Origin: a virus
Lineage: Duplodnaviria; Caudoviricetes
Length of the DNA stretch: 53,816 bases
Virus record (IMG/VR): IMGVR_UViG_3300032050_000179
Span: 1-53,816 of that record
Strand: one strand, 5' to 3'
Made by a program: the position numbers and the translations under genes. Shown piece after piece: positions 24,501 to 35,400 of the stretch (positions are counted from its first letter, which is position 1; every line of letters begins with the position of its first letter). Below the pieces are notes generated by a model. That model did no database searches. It worked only from the letters and a program-made list of their open reading frames with translations, and was not told where the DNA came from.

Positions 24501-26827
24501 ACAACATTTAATGAAATTCTACCTTCTAAAGAAAAAGCTGTAGCGCCTCTAGTGCTTTCAATAAAAGACTCTATAGGTCTTCTTCCAGAATCATAAGAAA
24601 AACCTTTAGATCCACGTTTCTGGACAGTCCATCTCATATCAATATATTCACCTCTACCTATATTCTCCCATGTCCAAATGTTAGTATTGATATGATTTCC
24701 ACTTCCAGTGAGTATGCTTAACTGTTTCCAGTTAAATAATGATTCTTCCCATGATATATTAAAGAAAGATTCTAGTAAAATAGGAGCTCCTGATGTTATA
24801 TTTTTTTCATCAGGAAGAGGTTGCATTCTAGATATTAAAAGATTGAAATCAGGGTCTGTGATTGAAGGAGGCATGTACTGCCAGCTAGGGTCTACTGGTG
24901 GTAAAAGATTTCCATTCTCATCATAAATCTTGTCTATAAAATTAGCATAAGAATCTAGATATGTTCCGTATAATGAAGATATTGGATTAGTGTAATTCAA
25001 AGCATTTATTAACGGGTCGGATGCACTGGCACCTACAAATCCTTTTAAACCTTGTTCTGTAAATTTATCTATATAGAACTTATCCATTCTGCGAATGTCA
25101 GAAATATAAGGTTCTTTTGGTAAAATTTGAAATTCAGGATGTTTACCTATATCGATTACTAAATGATGAAGATTATCTGCCCATGCATCTAATCTTATTC
25201 TTTCAAAGTAAATACCTTCACCTGTAATGTCAAATATTCTTGCGTTTAGTGGAAGATATTCTTTCTTGAGAAGTTCTTTTAATCCAAATAGTTTAATTAG
25301 TACTTCTTCAGGAGAATAATCAAAAGCATCAACTACTTCAGGTATTCCGTAAATATCTTCGTTATCTGTCGTTCTGTTTAAGTCGTAAAAAAGCCCAAAC
25401 AAAGAAGTTTTTTTGTAAACTTTAGAAGGGACAATTTTCCAAGCTTCTTTTACTTCCTCTCTTTGTATAGCATCTTTGGGAACTAGCACATGCATGTAGT
25501 TACCGAAGTTAGTAGAATTCTGATCTACGTTTAAAAAATATTCTTTAATTCGGACATCGTAATATCCAAAGTAATTTATGATATTTATAAGTGCTCTATA
25601 AGAACCTAAATAAGGGTAGATGTTATCTCCTTCAAGGAGCAGCTCTTTTCTCTTCTTATTAAGTAATCTATAATCTGTGAGTTCTTCTTTTATGTCAGAG
25701 TCTCTAAAGATATATTCATTATCATAATCTATCTTTTTACCAAAATTCTGAAGAACTGTCTTGAGCCTTTCATCTTCACCTTCAACTTCTCCATAGAGTG
25801 AAATTTCAGCTAAATTTAACTTATTTACACACTTTACTTTAAAAGTAGAGAAATTAGTACTATTAACAGGCACGTCACTTTTTTGTGCTTTAATAAATGT
25901 ATCAGATCCATTTACGCCGACTCCTAGCACCTTGATTAAAGTTTCTGATCCAGAACCTGTGAGATAAAACTCTGTTATATCATAAAAAGGCTTATCAGTG
26001 TCAGAAACATAATAGTAAATAAAATCTCCAGATACTAAAGGAGCTTGAGACAATACAAATTCATATTGTTTTTCTTGTTTCAGTAATAATACATCTTCGT
26101 AAATGTACTCATATTCTGACTGAATACCAACATTTATTTGAAGAGGAACTGTATTAATTGAAGTAAGATGAACTCTCCCTGTTAAAGGATCTATAGAGTC
26201 TGAAGATCCATCTACTAAATCGTAATTAGCCAGTATACCTTTTTCTATAAAAGGCACATCTTCAGAGTAATTTACATCATAAACAAAGAAAGGTTTAACT
26301 ACAAAAGACGTAGTAGTATCTATTACCTTTTCAGGAATTTCTGCTACTATTTTTTCTTTAAATGTTCCAGGAGAACTTCTTAACTCATTATAACTTATGT
26401 AATCATAATAATAGACATCTGTTGTCGTCAATGAAAGTGGAGGTGTTGGAGTAACCTGCATAGAAGTGTAACCACCTATAGAAGTGATAACATAGTCTGT
26501 ATCTACTATCTTTATAGTATCACCTGGGGAAAGTGTAGTTAAATCTGAATCAATAGCATTTATCGTAGGATTTCCGCCAATTATAGTGAAAGTTCCATGA
26601 ACTCTTTTCAAGTCATATTTAGAAGTAGGACCTGTAACTTCTTGCAGAAGATATAAATTTTGAGATTCAATAAGACCTGTTGAGATTCTAGGGAAGAATA
26701 ATTTCCCTGAAAAACTCTCATACGTAGTTTTAGAACCATTATACAGGGAAGTTATAGAATTATCTACTGACGCTAAATTTAAGTCAGAGCCTGTTTTATC
26801 AAAAAATCTTATAAAACTAGATATCAT
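21533..26827 (-). CDS. Large baseplate wedge-like structural protein
   Basis: 1764 aa; YLGSYRALINIINYFGY wedge-type motif, GxGY repeats, C-terminal PKD-like segment; next to gp6/gp25-like genes. Confidence 0.7.
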   Translation of the reverse strand: MISSFIRFFDKTGSDLNLASVDNSITSLYNGSKTTYESFSGKLFFPRISTGLIESQNLYLLQEVTGPTSKYDLKRVHGTFTIIGGNPTINAIDSDLTTLSPGDTIKIVDTDYVITSIGGYTSMQVTPTPPLSLTTTDVYYYDYISYNELRSSPGTFKEKIVAEIPEKVIDTTTSFVVKPFFVYDVNYSEDVPFIEKGILANYDLVDGSSDSIDPLTGRVHLTSINTVPLQINVGIQSEYEYIYEDVLLLKQEKQYEFVLSQAPLVSGDFIYYYVSDTDKPFYDITEFYLTGSGSETLIKVLGVGVNGSDTFIKAQKSDVPVNSTNFSTFKVKCVNKLNLAEISLYGEVEGEDERLKTVLQNFGKKIDYDNEYIFRDSDIKEELTDYRLLNKKRKELLLEGDNIYPYLGSYRALINIINYFGYYDVRIKEYFLNVDQNSTNFGNYMHVLVPKDAIQREEVKEAWKIVPSKVYKKTSLFGLFYDLNRTTDNEDIYGIPEVVDAFDYSPEEVLIKLFGLKELLKKEYLPLNARIFDITGEGIYFERIRLDAWADNLHHLVIDIGKHPEFQILPKEPYISDIRRMDKFYIDKFTEQGLKGFVGASASDPLINALNYTNPISSLYGTYLDSYANFIDKIYDENGNLLPPVDPSWQYMPPSITDPDFNLLISRMQPLPDEKNITSGAPILLESFFNISWEESLFNWKQLSILTGSGNHINTNIWTWENIGRGEYIDMRWTVQKRGSKGFSYDSGRRPIESFIESTRGATAFSLEGRISLNVVNGSIVNIDILQGYGYTASPTVFVPGPGTYTTGNAYSSGNIITVTSTVGLGPGMILDVTGGIGGFAPGTTVTSVNGLTSFTVSTAPIAPLLDANIQGIGVTASVTLTVSDGYISGATWSGGAGYSYTPYATVSPPPVTYENENKILHAVALPYEGEYDIALYNYDITNNYTVEFQKCYVKNKKADFLGVSRMETPERIWEEFETIPWEKVTGPWYYPTHVVSRWEDARLSWDSLDFTSFKDQSLYEYPMTNNLVSIDRTNNIICIDGNLSGKLSSAFTLNVGDSLFFMREKSDPIVTNLKILPDQINSRLKGIQAGSTVNATLIGNIGETVISTSMCDLTTTLFSGDSIWVNDNWYTVSSVTSTEVKILETLLSSFTSAPALYYRSDKIISTSYTGSFTELKTYSRIIISDNCDYSSINPNINFYRYVDSLSSSGSTISFTENEEIIRNIVLANSSISGNKTLYASWGVFSGTYAIEISNISYKNGKTYFRVTDPNKELYYIDGNFSLNLSDYDVDYAETRIGPGSLTYEHSNELTWNENPTITWGGLSYRGGSLCGFIIPFVHHGGGITIDEEPTFFFSGNSNIESTNNGLHLAAQELNNSQNPGIIKYTYEVLPDVERFLRDIAGNKLKTSGATPAGNNVVVLNGTPRNFGIPAKISVSITSGSISAVSILNPGAGYVNTPTVTIETPCGGVGATITLSIIDGKVTSYTYTGGSGYTSTPVVTVSVPEGYEPFDNYIWTGKEWIEVVSINGPSLTLGTPLSDVLASNVELLTAYDYHKQLYLNPSIFQQFYYFIHAEAKNPSDEMLSYVTMTNGVESEWLAHPDRTYTYPLENSILFSSVPQYNQMGEEYLNNKWKSEGSDYPPLNIYTDFTSDKLSLSSRVAYAGDLQSPFSYIDTVVFDKQKDVLQYTPVVFHYDNCVIPGKNSPVWTVKEEGGDIQVISNSEKLMWNFTKTGNFTVSLSLKDANGNQSAISKTSFVVVKEFVKK

Positions 26828-27063
26828 TAGTTTAGTTTTTTATAGTCTTTGTCTACTGTATAATTATAAAACGTTTTTATAACTTTTACTTTTTCTATCA
26901 TGAAAAATACCATCTTTTCTATCTCTTCTAAAATACTCTTCCTAGTTGGATCAGCAAACATAAGCGGAGACATTGATTTTTCAAAAATTCTACCTTCATA
27001 GTCAAAACCTGTATCTTCCAACCTGTTTAATCTGCTTTCAGTTTTTTTATATAGACTTTCCAT
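26827..27063 (-). CDS. Small hypothetical baseplate-operon protein
   Basis: 78 aa, TAATG coupling on both sides. Confidence 0.7.
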   Translation of the reverse strand: MESLYKKTESRLNRLEDTGFDYEGRIFEKSMSPLMFADPTRKSILEEIEKMVFFMIEKVKVIKTFYNYTVDKDYKKLN

Positions 27064-28745
27064 TATTTATTCATGATTTTATTCATATTCTCTTGGAACA
27101 ATAAAGTATTAGTAGTCTGTTTAGTAACTCTCTTGATAGAAATATTAACTGAGCCAGGCCTATCATCAAAAATTCCATCCTCGTACGCAATACCGTTTCT
27201 GTCTTTCCAACCTCCTCTAATCAACGGTAATTCATTTTTACCTATGACAATATCTCCCATGTCATCTATGCCTATCAGCGGAGCAGAAGGGTTTCCTTTT
27301 TTAGAGGTTTCATTTAATTCAGAAATAAATGAAACATTTACTGAATCTACCCCTTCTACATTTTCTATTATTCTCACAAGGTCCGAAGAAGGTATCAAAT
27401 CTCTTCTTCTTACATTTAAAAAATAATCAGATAAATTAGAAATTATATTACTTTTTATCACATCTTGAGAATAACCTTCAAATACTACTAAAGATATATT
27501 TAGAACATATTTTACTATTTCAGGTTCTACTATTTTGACTAAAGTAGTCACTACCTTTGAACCGGAATCTTCAATCGTGTTTAGAACTTTCGATTCTTCT
27601 TGATCAGTTAATGTGAAAAATTTCTGGGGAACTGAAAAATAGTTTTCGTTATTCTTTAGTCTTTTCTTTATGTCAGGTATTAAAAACAGATAAATGATAT
27701 TATCATCATCTAAATATTGATCATCAAATGTTGTGTACGCATCTACTACTGAGAAATAGTTGAATTTTTCTAAGAATATTATGTAATTGTCAGGATTAGC
27801 TAGCACAAACGATCTAGAAGTCTTTGGTGCTATTAATCTAGTAAGAGCAGTAGGTTCAGGGTTAGAACCAAACGTTATAAGTTTGGACATTTTAGTAGTC
27901 AATGCAGTATTAAGATCAACTTCTTCGCCGTCTAAAGAATATCCGCTATCTATCCATTTAAAATTAACATCTTCACCTTCTCTAACATTCCCTCCTTCAC
28001 CGGAAGTTTGCATATATTCAATTCTTATTTCTGAACCTAATGGAGGAGTTTTACCAAAATACTTATTTCCGAAATATAGATCTAAACCTCCAGTTATACC
28101 AGTTTTAACTAAATAACCTTTTCCTTCGTAGGGAATATCGTATATAGAATCGTATTTTTTCCACAATTCCCCGTTTACGTAAACTTTGACAAAAAAGTTA
28201 TCTAGTAAAACATTACCTCTAGAAGTTGCAGTATAACTCTGGAGTACTTCTCCATCACCTGTAAAAACTTGAGAAAAGATTTCTCCTTGAACGACTTGAG
28301 CATAGACCGGTTTTTTATCATTTACCTGAACTCTTATCTGATCATCTATTAAATTCAATGTGTAAATTTTACTATTATTCAAACATTGTATTCTAGTAAA
28401 ATTGGGAATTATAATCTGGTTACCTTGGATATCTGGTATAGTAGTAACAGTGAAAGAAATTTCTCCAGTAGAAGCAATAGCTCTAGTAGCATTATGACCT
28501 GCTAATCTAGCTAAACCATGTACACTATCTACCCTCGAAGCAGTCTGGATATTCATTTCGGTAACGCTATCTTCGATGAAGAATAGCACCATTTCAGTAA
28601 GTTTAGATAGCACTAGTATGATCTGGCCATAAGCACTCGCTACGCTAAATACTTTACCAGATTGTTGAAATTTCTCGTTAACGAATTTAAAAACTTGTTG
28701 GTACAAGTCTTGTGCTTGTATCCTTGCTTTATCAAAAATTTTCAT
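27063..28745 (-). CDS. Baseplate wedge protein (T4 gp6 / baseplate J-like)
   Basis: TASRVDSVHGLARLAGHN, LYFGNKYFGKTPP, EYMQTSGEGGN, IENVEGVDSV. Confidence 0.85.
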   Translation of the reverse strand: MKIFDKARIQAQDLYQQVFKFVNEKFQQSGKVFSVASAYGQIILVLSKLTEMVLFFIEDSVTEMNIQTASRVDSVHGLARLAGHNATRAIASTGEISFTVTTIPDIQGNQIIIPNFTRIQCLNNSKIYTLNLIDDQIRVQVNDKKPVYAQVVQGEIFSQVFTGDGEVLQSYTATSRGNVLLDNFFVKVYVNGELWKKYDSIYDIPYEGKGYLVKTGITGGLDLYFGNKYFGKTPPLGSEIRIEYMQTSGEGGNVREGEDVNFKWIDSGYSLDGEEVDLNTALTTKMSKLITFGSNPEPTALTRLIAPKTSRSFVLANPDNYIIFLEKFNYFSVVDAYTTFDDQYLDDDNIIYLFLIPDIKKRLKNNENYFSVPQKFFTLTDQEESKVLNTIEDSGSKVVTTLVKIVEPEIVKYVLNISLVVFEGYSQDVIKSNIISNLSDYFLNVRRRDLIPSSDLVRIIENVEGVDSVNVSFISELNETSKKGNPSAPLIGIDDMGDIVIGKNELPLIRGGWKDRNGIAYEDGIFDDRPGSVNISIKRVTKQTTNTLLFQENMNKIMNK

Positions 28746-29104
28746 GTTACTAATATTCCTAATGATTTTGTACCGTCAATATAAATATCTAAAAGACAAG
28801 CATCTCTAATAGAACCTTTAAAGAACTGAGCTTTTACTTCTACACCATATTTTGATGCATCAGGACAGTAATAATAGATAGCTTCGACTAATTTAGTCTG
28901 GAGTTCTTCAGTAGAAACATCAAATAAATACAAATTATCTTCCAAATTATATCCGAAATCAAACGCACCAATAACGTCACCAGGTTTGGTGAACATTACC
29001 ATACGTATCTGCCCTAGTAAATTTTCAATTTCACTAGATTGCTCTAATACTCCAGGTGTGTAAAGAGGATCGTTAGGATCTCTCATATAAATCTCTTTTA
29101 GCAT
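28742..29104 (-). CDS. Baseplate gp25-like protein
   Basis: 120 aa; FTKPGDVIGAFDFGYNLEDNLY; adjacent to gp6-like gene. Confidence 0.75.
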   Translation of the reverse strand: MLKEIYMRDPNDPLYTPGVLEQSSEIENLLGQIRMVMFTKPGDVIGAFDFGYNLEDNLYLFDVSTEELQTKLVEAIYYYCPDASKYGVEVKAQFFKGSIRDACLLDIYIDGTKSLGILVT

Positions 29105-29150
29105 CTTCTATCTTTTTCTATATATCCAGAAAGATTGTAGAGATTACGAG

Positions 29151-29882
29151 TTAATAGAATATGCTAAAATAGTCCGCAGAATCTTGATCTTTGATTTCAG
29201 TTTCTATTTTTTCAACTTCGGCTTCACCTTCAGCTTTAATTTCAGATGCGTTTATTTTAATTCCTCCCATTAAGTTATAATCGAAAAAACTAAGCATTCT
29301 ACCCAAAGCTATTTTGGCTTTAGCTGTAACATATCTCATGAAGTAATAATCTTCATACAATTTATCTTCAGGAATCTTAACATAAGTATTAAAAAATACA
29401 TCTCTAGCAGGATCTCTTCCTAGTATCTTACATTTTTTAGTTCTTCTATTATAATCATATCTTATCCATTCTAAGAAAAATGCTCTAGTCAAATCGAAAA
29501 ACTGGTACTGTGCAGTTCTAAATACTAAACTGTCTCCAGTGAAAGGAGATAAATAGATCTCAGAAGCTATCAACTTATTGTCAGCAAAATCTCTATCTAA
29601 AGTACCTAACAAACCTGCACCAGTTATCTCTTTACATTCAAATACTGAAACTACGCAATCCGGCATAGTAACTGTTCGGCTTCTATGCCATTCAGGTTTT
29701 TTAAACTCTTCAACTTTCATGATATAGTATTGAGTTTCTACAGCTTCTCGGTAATTTTCATAAAACCAAACTGAAGTCTGGTCTATTATCCTCTCTATTT
29801 CCGTGGGTTGAAGTTGAGAAGGGAGAGCAAACGACACGTCAAGTTCCCTTTGCACCATATCTACTAATTCCGCTTTAGTCAT
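29151..29882 (-). CDS. Neck/head-tail adaptor protein (T4 gp13-like)
   Basis: YVTAKAKIALGRMLSFFDYNLMGGIKINASEIKAEG resembles gp13 C-terminus. Confidence 0.7.
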   Translation of the reverse strand: MTKAELVDMVQRELDVSFALPSQLQPTEIERIIDQTSVWFYENYREAVETQYYIMKVEEFKKPEWHRSRTVTMPDCVVSVFECKEITGAGLLGTLDRDFADNKLIASEIYLSPFTGDSLVFRTAQYQFFDLTRAFFLEWIRYDYNRRTKKCKILGRDPARDVFFNTYVKIPEDKLYEDYYFMRYVTAKAKIALGRMLSFFDYNLMGGIKINASEIKAEGEAEVEKIETEIKDQDSADYFSIFY

Positions 29883-29887
29883 GGATA

Positions 29888-31285
29888 TTATTGTTTTGTT
29901 CCGTATGCGGTTTGTAAAGAATTTCCATCTTTTCCGCCATCTTTGTCTTCATATCCGCTAACATCTACTATCAATGTTTCTTTAGATATGTCAACATCTC
30001 TTCCTAAAATACCTTTTCTAATCACACCTCCCTGTATTCTACCTTCTACAGTTTCATTAGGATTATCTATGTAACAGTCAGTCAATAGATTAGTAGGCAT
30101 GATAGTAGTTTTAGTAACTTTACTTCCTGTAACTTCATTAAATTCCATAATTTTAGAAAGCTCTATTCTGGAACTTTTTATCTTACATCTGTATAAAACG
30201 CAATGAGTAATAGTACCACTAATTTCACAGTCAAAAAGCTCCATATTTTCCACATGATTAGCTTTTTTCATTACGCCACTTCTTAACTGGAACATTGAAA
30301 CATCTGTGTCTAAGTTAAAATGACCTTTTCTTAGACCAGAATCTACTACTAAAGAAAATAATTTTTCTCTTAATACAGTCCAATAAGACTTTAAAATTTC
30401 AATATTTCCTTGCATGTCAACTGTAACCTTTATATCCGGATAAGAATGTAAAAACTTCTCTGCATTAGAGAAAGATTGTACAGCCTTTTTCTGTTCAGTT
30501 AACGTTTTATGCAACTTTTCTTTTTCTGAAGGAGTATACGTGTCATTGGCTTGTAAAGTAGAGTAAAGTCTAGTCACAAAATAATCTAAAATCTCAAGGA
30601 TTTTAAAAGTTTTATTTTCATAACCTTCTCCTCCTAAATATCTCAATTCGAGATAATTTTTAGGAAGTTTTGTAAAGTTGACACCGTAATATTTTTCATG
30701 CGGAACCACGTAATCAGTTTTATCTATATCTTCCGGCTTATCAAAAAATATAAATCTGCTTAAAGGATAATAGTTATTTATAGATTTAGCATATACACTA
30801 TCTTTCCTGTTAGGAAATCTAGAATAGATAAAATCTTCATCAAAGCCTAAGATAAATTTAAGAATGTTCAAACTCATTAAAGGAGTTCTAAGCTTAGCCT
30901 TAAATTCATTAAAACTGCAATTCAAGTGAATAGCACATTTAGAATCAGTCCACCCATGCTCTTTAATCCATTGCAACATTTTGATAATAATGATTCTAGC
31001 CTCCTCATAAACAAGAGGACCTGTTATCATCTCAAACATATCTTTACCACCACTAAAATCTCTTTCAAGTTTAAACATGGTAGAGGTGGGTTCCATATCA
31101 GAATGGTACCCACCTTTAGATTCTTCTCCCATCCCTACGATAACCATAGGGATAACTACCTTTTTACCTAGAGCTTTAGTAAGTTCTTTAGCTACATCTT
31201 TTTGGTTAAGTTCCGAAAAAAATTCAAATTCTATTCCGCATTTTGACGAAGAAAGTATCTCATACCTCTGTTGTAATATGTTCAT
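29888..31285 (-). CDS. Putative amidoligase (COOH-NH2 ligase) with C-terminal beta-helix-like repeats
   Basis: GIEFEF, EMITGPL, CAIHLN, KYYGVN, LELRYLG. Confidence 0.75.
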   Translation of the reverse strand: MNILQQRYEILSSSKCGIEFEFFSELNQKDVAKELTKALGKKVVIPMVIVGMGEESKGGYHSDMEPTSTMFKLERDFSGGKDMFEMITGPLVYEEARIIIIKMLQWIKEHGWTDSKCAIHLNCSFNEFKAKLRTPLMSLNILKFILGFDEDFIYSRFPNRKDSVYAKSINNYYPLSRFIFFDKPEDIDKTDYVVPHEKYYGVNFTKLPKNYLELRYLGGEGYENKTFKILEILDYFVTRLYSTLQANDTYTPSEKEKLHKTLTEQKKAVQSFSNAEKFLHSYPDIKVTVDMQGNIEILKSYWTVLREKLFSLVVDSGLRKGHFNLDTDVSMFQLRSGVMKKANHVENMELFDCEISGTITHCVLYRCKIKSSRIELSKIMEFNEVTGSKVTKTTIMPTNLLTDCYIDNPNETVEGRIQGGVIRKGILGRDVDISKETLIVDVSGYEDKDGGKDGNSLQTAYGTKQ

Positions 31286-32429
31286 CGTTCATTGTAAGGT
31301 AAATTTTACCAGTGGAAGTATCCACTTTCTTGATGAAAACATCAACTTTCTCTCCAACAGAAAGACGTTTTTTGTATTTTTTCATCTCTTTTATAGGTAG
31401 CAAACCTAGTATCCCCTTTTCAATTTCCATTAATGCTCCATGAGCTTTAATGGAAACTACAGTAGTTTCTTTCATATTGCCCTCGATCTTTTCTCTGAAA
31501 AGTTCATATTCATTTTGCTTAATACTAGGATCGATCTCAGTAAGGATTAACTTATTATCTCTAATGTCTTTTAACCACGTTTCAAGTTCTTGTCCAGGTT
31601 TAAATTCTCTTGCGTTGAATTTTTCCAACGTTTCTGGATTCATTTCTGCTGTATGTAAAAGTCCAGTAAACATATCATCAAATTCAACAAATATACCAAA
31701 TTTAGATGTACCTGTTACATATCCCTTCATTATCTGATTTCTCTCTAATTCACCAAGCTTGCCTGGTAAAATATAATCTAGATATTTTTTATAAGAAACT
31801 ACAAAAATATCTGACGATTTCAAATAATCTTCAATCATTACTAGCACTTCTTTTCCTATGTAACTTTCAAAGTCTGCTATTTTATTAGCAGCTGCTAAAG
31901 AACCTGGTAAGAAAGCTTTTATACCTTGTACTTCTACTATGAAACCTCCTTGATTCTTATCGATAATCTTAGCTACATAAGCTGAAGTAGGTTTAACTAT
32001 TTGCTCTCTAAACTCTCTTATTATTGTTTTCAAGTGAGCTTGGTGCAGAGATCCTTTAGCTACTTCGATATTTTCAACCTGAATGTAAATCTTGTTTTCT
32101 TGTAAATAAGATACATGAGCCGGTGAAGATACCCAGTCTATAAAAGATTCCTCATCAAATCCTAAGATTTGAAAGTACTTTTTCTCTTTAGCAAAGTTAA
32201 AATAAAGTGTAGTAAAGTTATCGCAAATAGCAGTAATCTCTTTTCCGGGTGTAGAAGCTTTAAATTCTACTACTCTTAAGATTGTGCCATTAGATACATC
32301 TTTAAAAATAACTTCAGTTCCATACATTTTGTCATAAAGTTCTTGTGCATAGTCCTCTTGACAGTAAATTTTTGATGTGTCCCCTGGTCTTTTGATTACA
32401 GAGGTGTTTTCTTTTCTTTTTGTTGCCAT
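31260..32429 (-). CDS. rpsA: Ribosomal protein bS1-like protein (tandem S1 domains)
   Basis: GGFIVEVQGIKAFLPGS, GYVTGTSKFGIFVEF..GLLH, HGALMEI..GLLP. Confidence 0.8.
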   Translation of the reverse strand: MATKRKENTSVIKRPGDTSKIYCQEDYAQELYDKMYGTEVIFKDVSNGTILRVVEFKASTPGKEITAICDNFTTLYFNFAKEKKYFQILGFDEESFIDWVSSPAHVSYLQENKIYIQVENIEVAKGSLHQAHLKTIIREFREQIVKPTSAYVAKIIDKNQGGFIVEVQGIKAFLPGSLAAANKIADFESYIGKEVLVMIEDYLKSSDIFVVSYKKYLDYILPGKLGELERNQIMKGYVTGTSKFGIFVEFDDMFTGLLHTAEMNPETLEKFNAREFKPGQELETWLKDIRDNKLILTEIDPSIKQNEYELFREKIEGNMKETTVVSIKAHGALMEIEKGILGLLPIKEMKKYKKRLSVGEKVDVFIKKVDTSTGKIYLTMNDEHITTEV

Positions 32430-32492
32430 ATTTTTTTTAGAAAATAAATGAAAAAATTCTGATTTTCTTATATATCTTTTACAAAAAAGATT

Positions 32493-35400
32493 TTATACAG
32501 GAAGATCTGGTAAATAATAAGGAATAACGTAATCGCTTACTAATCCTCCTTGTCTTTGAGCAGTTGCTACTAATTGGTCTAAAAATATCACCCATGGAAT
32601 ATTTTTAAGGCTTAACATTTCCCATGAAGGTAATATCTGTTTAGGACTAAAAGGATGTAACTTTGTCAATGTTATTCTAGTAGGAGTGAGAGCACATCCT
32701 AATAAAATCACTGGAAACGGAAGATTAAGCTTCTGTAGAATATCTAGCATCGGTTTAGTCACATCTAACATTAAAGCTGTGTTAACTTCTAAGAAAGGTC
32801 CTTCTCTTAGAATTTTCAAAGGTTTTTTCTTTAAAGATTCTGATATCGCAGGAGGAAAAAATGTTTCTTTCAAAGATTTAAAATCTACTTTTGGAATAGA
32901 GATTAAAAGATTTTTAATTTCTTCTAATTTTTCATCTACTAGATCTAAAGAAGAAGTCAAAAAAGCTTTTATATCATTCCCCGTAATGCTTCCCAGATCT
33001 GTACTAAAAATAGCTTTTATTATCAAGGCAACTGCCAAGACTTTAGCAACATCTTCAGCATTTACAGCTTTCATCAATTCTCCCATGATAATAGTCACGA
33101 CTGCTGCAAATGCTGATTTGATAGCAGTTTTTATTAGATTTTTTATTAAGCTCTCTGGTATAGTTATCTGCATAGCACCCGGATGCGGTGGTCTTATCTT
33201 GAACTTAAAGAAATTTTGGATAGAAGCTTTGATAGTATTTTTTATAACTGTCCCTGATTGAGTATCTGGAAAAGAAAGTTCTGGTACAAAAATTAACATA
33301 GCGTCAATTATAAAGGTCATCATATCATCTATCCTAGGTAGTCTAGATTTTAGATCTATTCTAAGCGCATTCGCAAATGCACTATCAGGTATTCCCATTA
33401 TAAGATCTCCTAGAGTTTTAATAGCTAATATGATCACTGCTATGTAAGGCGGAATAGGAGGAATAGTAACATTATCATAACATGGAAATGGTAAAGGGAT
33501 AGGAATAGCTAGCGCTGCTACAAAACCTAGCATTTCAGGTGTTATAATTTTAGCTGCTTTATCGGCAACTTTTTTAATAGCTTCTTTAATCTTTTTAACT
33601 CTAGCTTTTACTTTATCGGCATCTAATCCTCCTTGTATAGCTAAATTTACTTCAAGTTCTTCTATTTCTTTGTTAATATTAGCAAATGATGCTTTTATAT
33701 CAGGATCTGATAATAATCTATCAAATATTTTTTTAATTTCATTTTTTAATGAAATTGTCTTGATAGGAAGTCCTAAATCAATTTTAGTATCTAGTAATTT
33801 GTTTATATCTTCTAAAAATTCAGCAAATCCTAAACTAGGGATTGCTAATCTTTTAGGATCTTTTGGAAATTTTATAGAAGAAATTTTCATACCATCGATA
33901 GCTCTGTCAATAGTATTTCCTATAGAAGCCAATGTATCTTGAATAGCTTCTATATCTGGTGGAAAATTTTTAAAAGCATCTTTAGCTCTTTTTAATTTTT
34001 CTTTGTCTATATCTAACGTTAAATCTGCAGCATCTATAGAATCAGTAGCACTCTTTATCTTAGTCCTGATATTATCTATTACTACAGTTGGATGATCCGG
34101 GTCATTTTTTAGAAAACTTCCAGGTATCTTTTTCTTTCCTAACATCAAACTATTAAAAGGCTCTATAAAAGGAATTTTAAAAGAAAGATCAAGCGGCTTT
34201 AACATTTCTATTAAAGACTTGTCTTCAATATCTTGAGTCTTTAATGAATTGGCTGGTATCTGTATAGGGCCTTTAGGCGAGACTAAGAACATGGGATTCA
34301 TCTGCTCATCTATATACATAATGTATGGACCTGGAATAGGACCACATAACCCAATCCATATAACAAACATTCCAACTGGAAGTGTTAATGTTATTATATG
34401 CTTCCATATTATAGGCAGAGGTATGCTTATTAGTGGGTCTGGAATACCGCTAGCTAATGTAGGTAGAACTACTGGAGCTGGTACTGGTACAGGAATTTGA
34501 ATAGCTACTGGATAATATCTAAAAAGTCTCTTGTACAAAGCTTCAATATCAGGTATTGGCATTAAACTTACCAACTGCATCTTCTTTGTATATTCTTCCC
34601 AGTAGCAATTTTTAACAGGACCTGGGCAATTTCCTATACCTTTGAGTCCAAAAGGATCAGAGCCTAATTTTTTCTTGCAGTCATCTGCTGTAAAGGATAT
34701 CTTGTTCCCTCCACTTACGTTTTTACTAGTATCTTTATTGGCATTAGGTGCAGAAGTTGCAGCCTCTTCATCCGTATCTATACTGTCTCCGTCTTTTTCT
34801 TTTTTCTTATTAAGAGTGTTTTTCTTATTACTTAGATTAATAGCTTTTTCTTCTATTTCTTTTTCTCCCTCAGCTATACATTTTTTCTTCAGTTCCATAA
34901 AAGCGTTAATAGAATCTATTTTAGATTCAATACTTTTTTGAAATTGTTTAACTGACTCATAAGACATTGTATACAAGTCTTTAAAACTGTCGGATAGTTT
35001 GCTTGTTCCAGCGTTTACTTTAAGAGAACTGTTTGTTATAGATTGGTTAAATTTAAAGGAATTAGTTAGAGAGTCAAATGATCTCACCAAAAATGAATTT
35101 TCTTGATATATTAAGTTAACTGAAAACGCATATTTAGCTTCATTCTCAGCAGCAGTTCTTATAGATTTGATATAACTTGTATATTTACTAGAAGCTTTCC
35201 ATTGTTTTAATAACAATAACATCTTGTCATTAGTCTTAGATTCTAAATTTCTCCAGAAATCTAAAGCTATCTCTTCATTGATGTCTAGTTTAGTTACAGA
35301 TTCTGCAACTTTCATTTTTTCTGAACCTCCTAGAGGATTCTGTATAGTGATAGTAGTTTTAGGGCCTAAAGGATTACCTGTTTCATCATATTGGGGTTTA

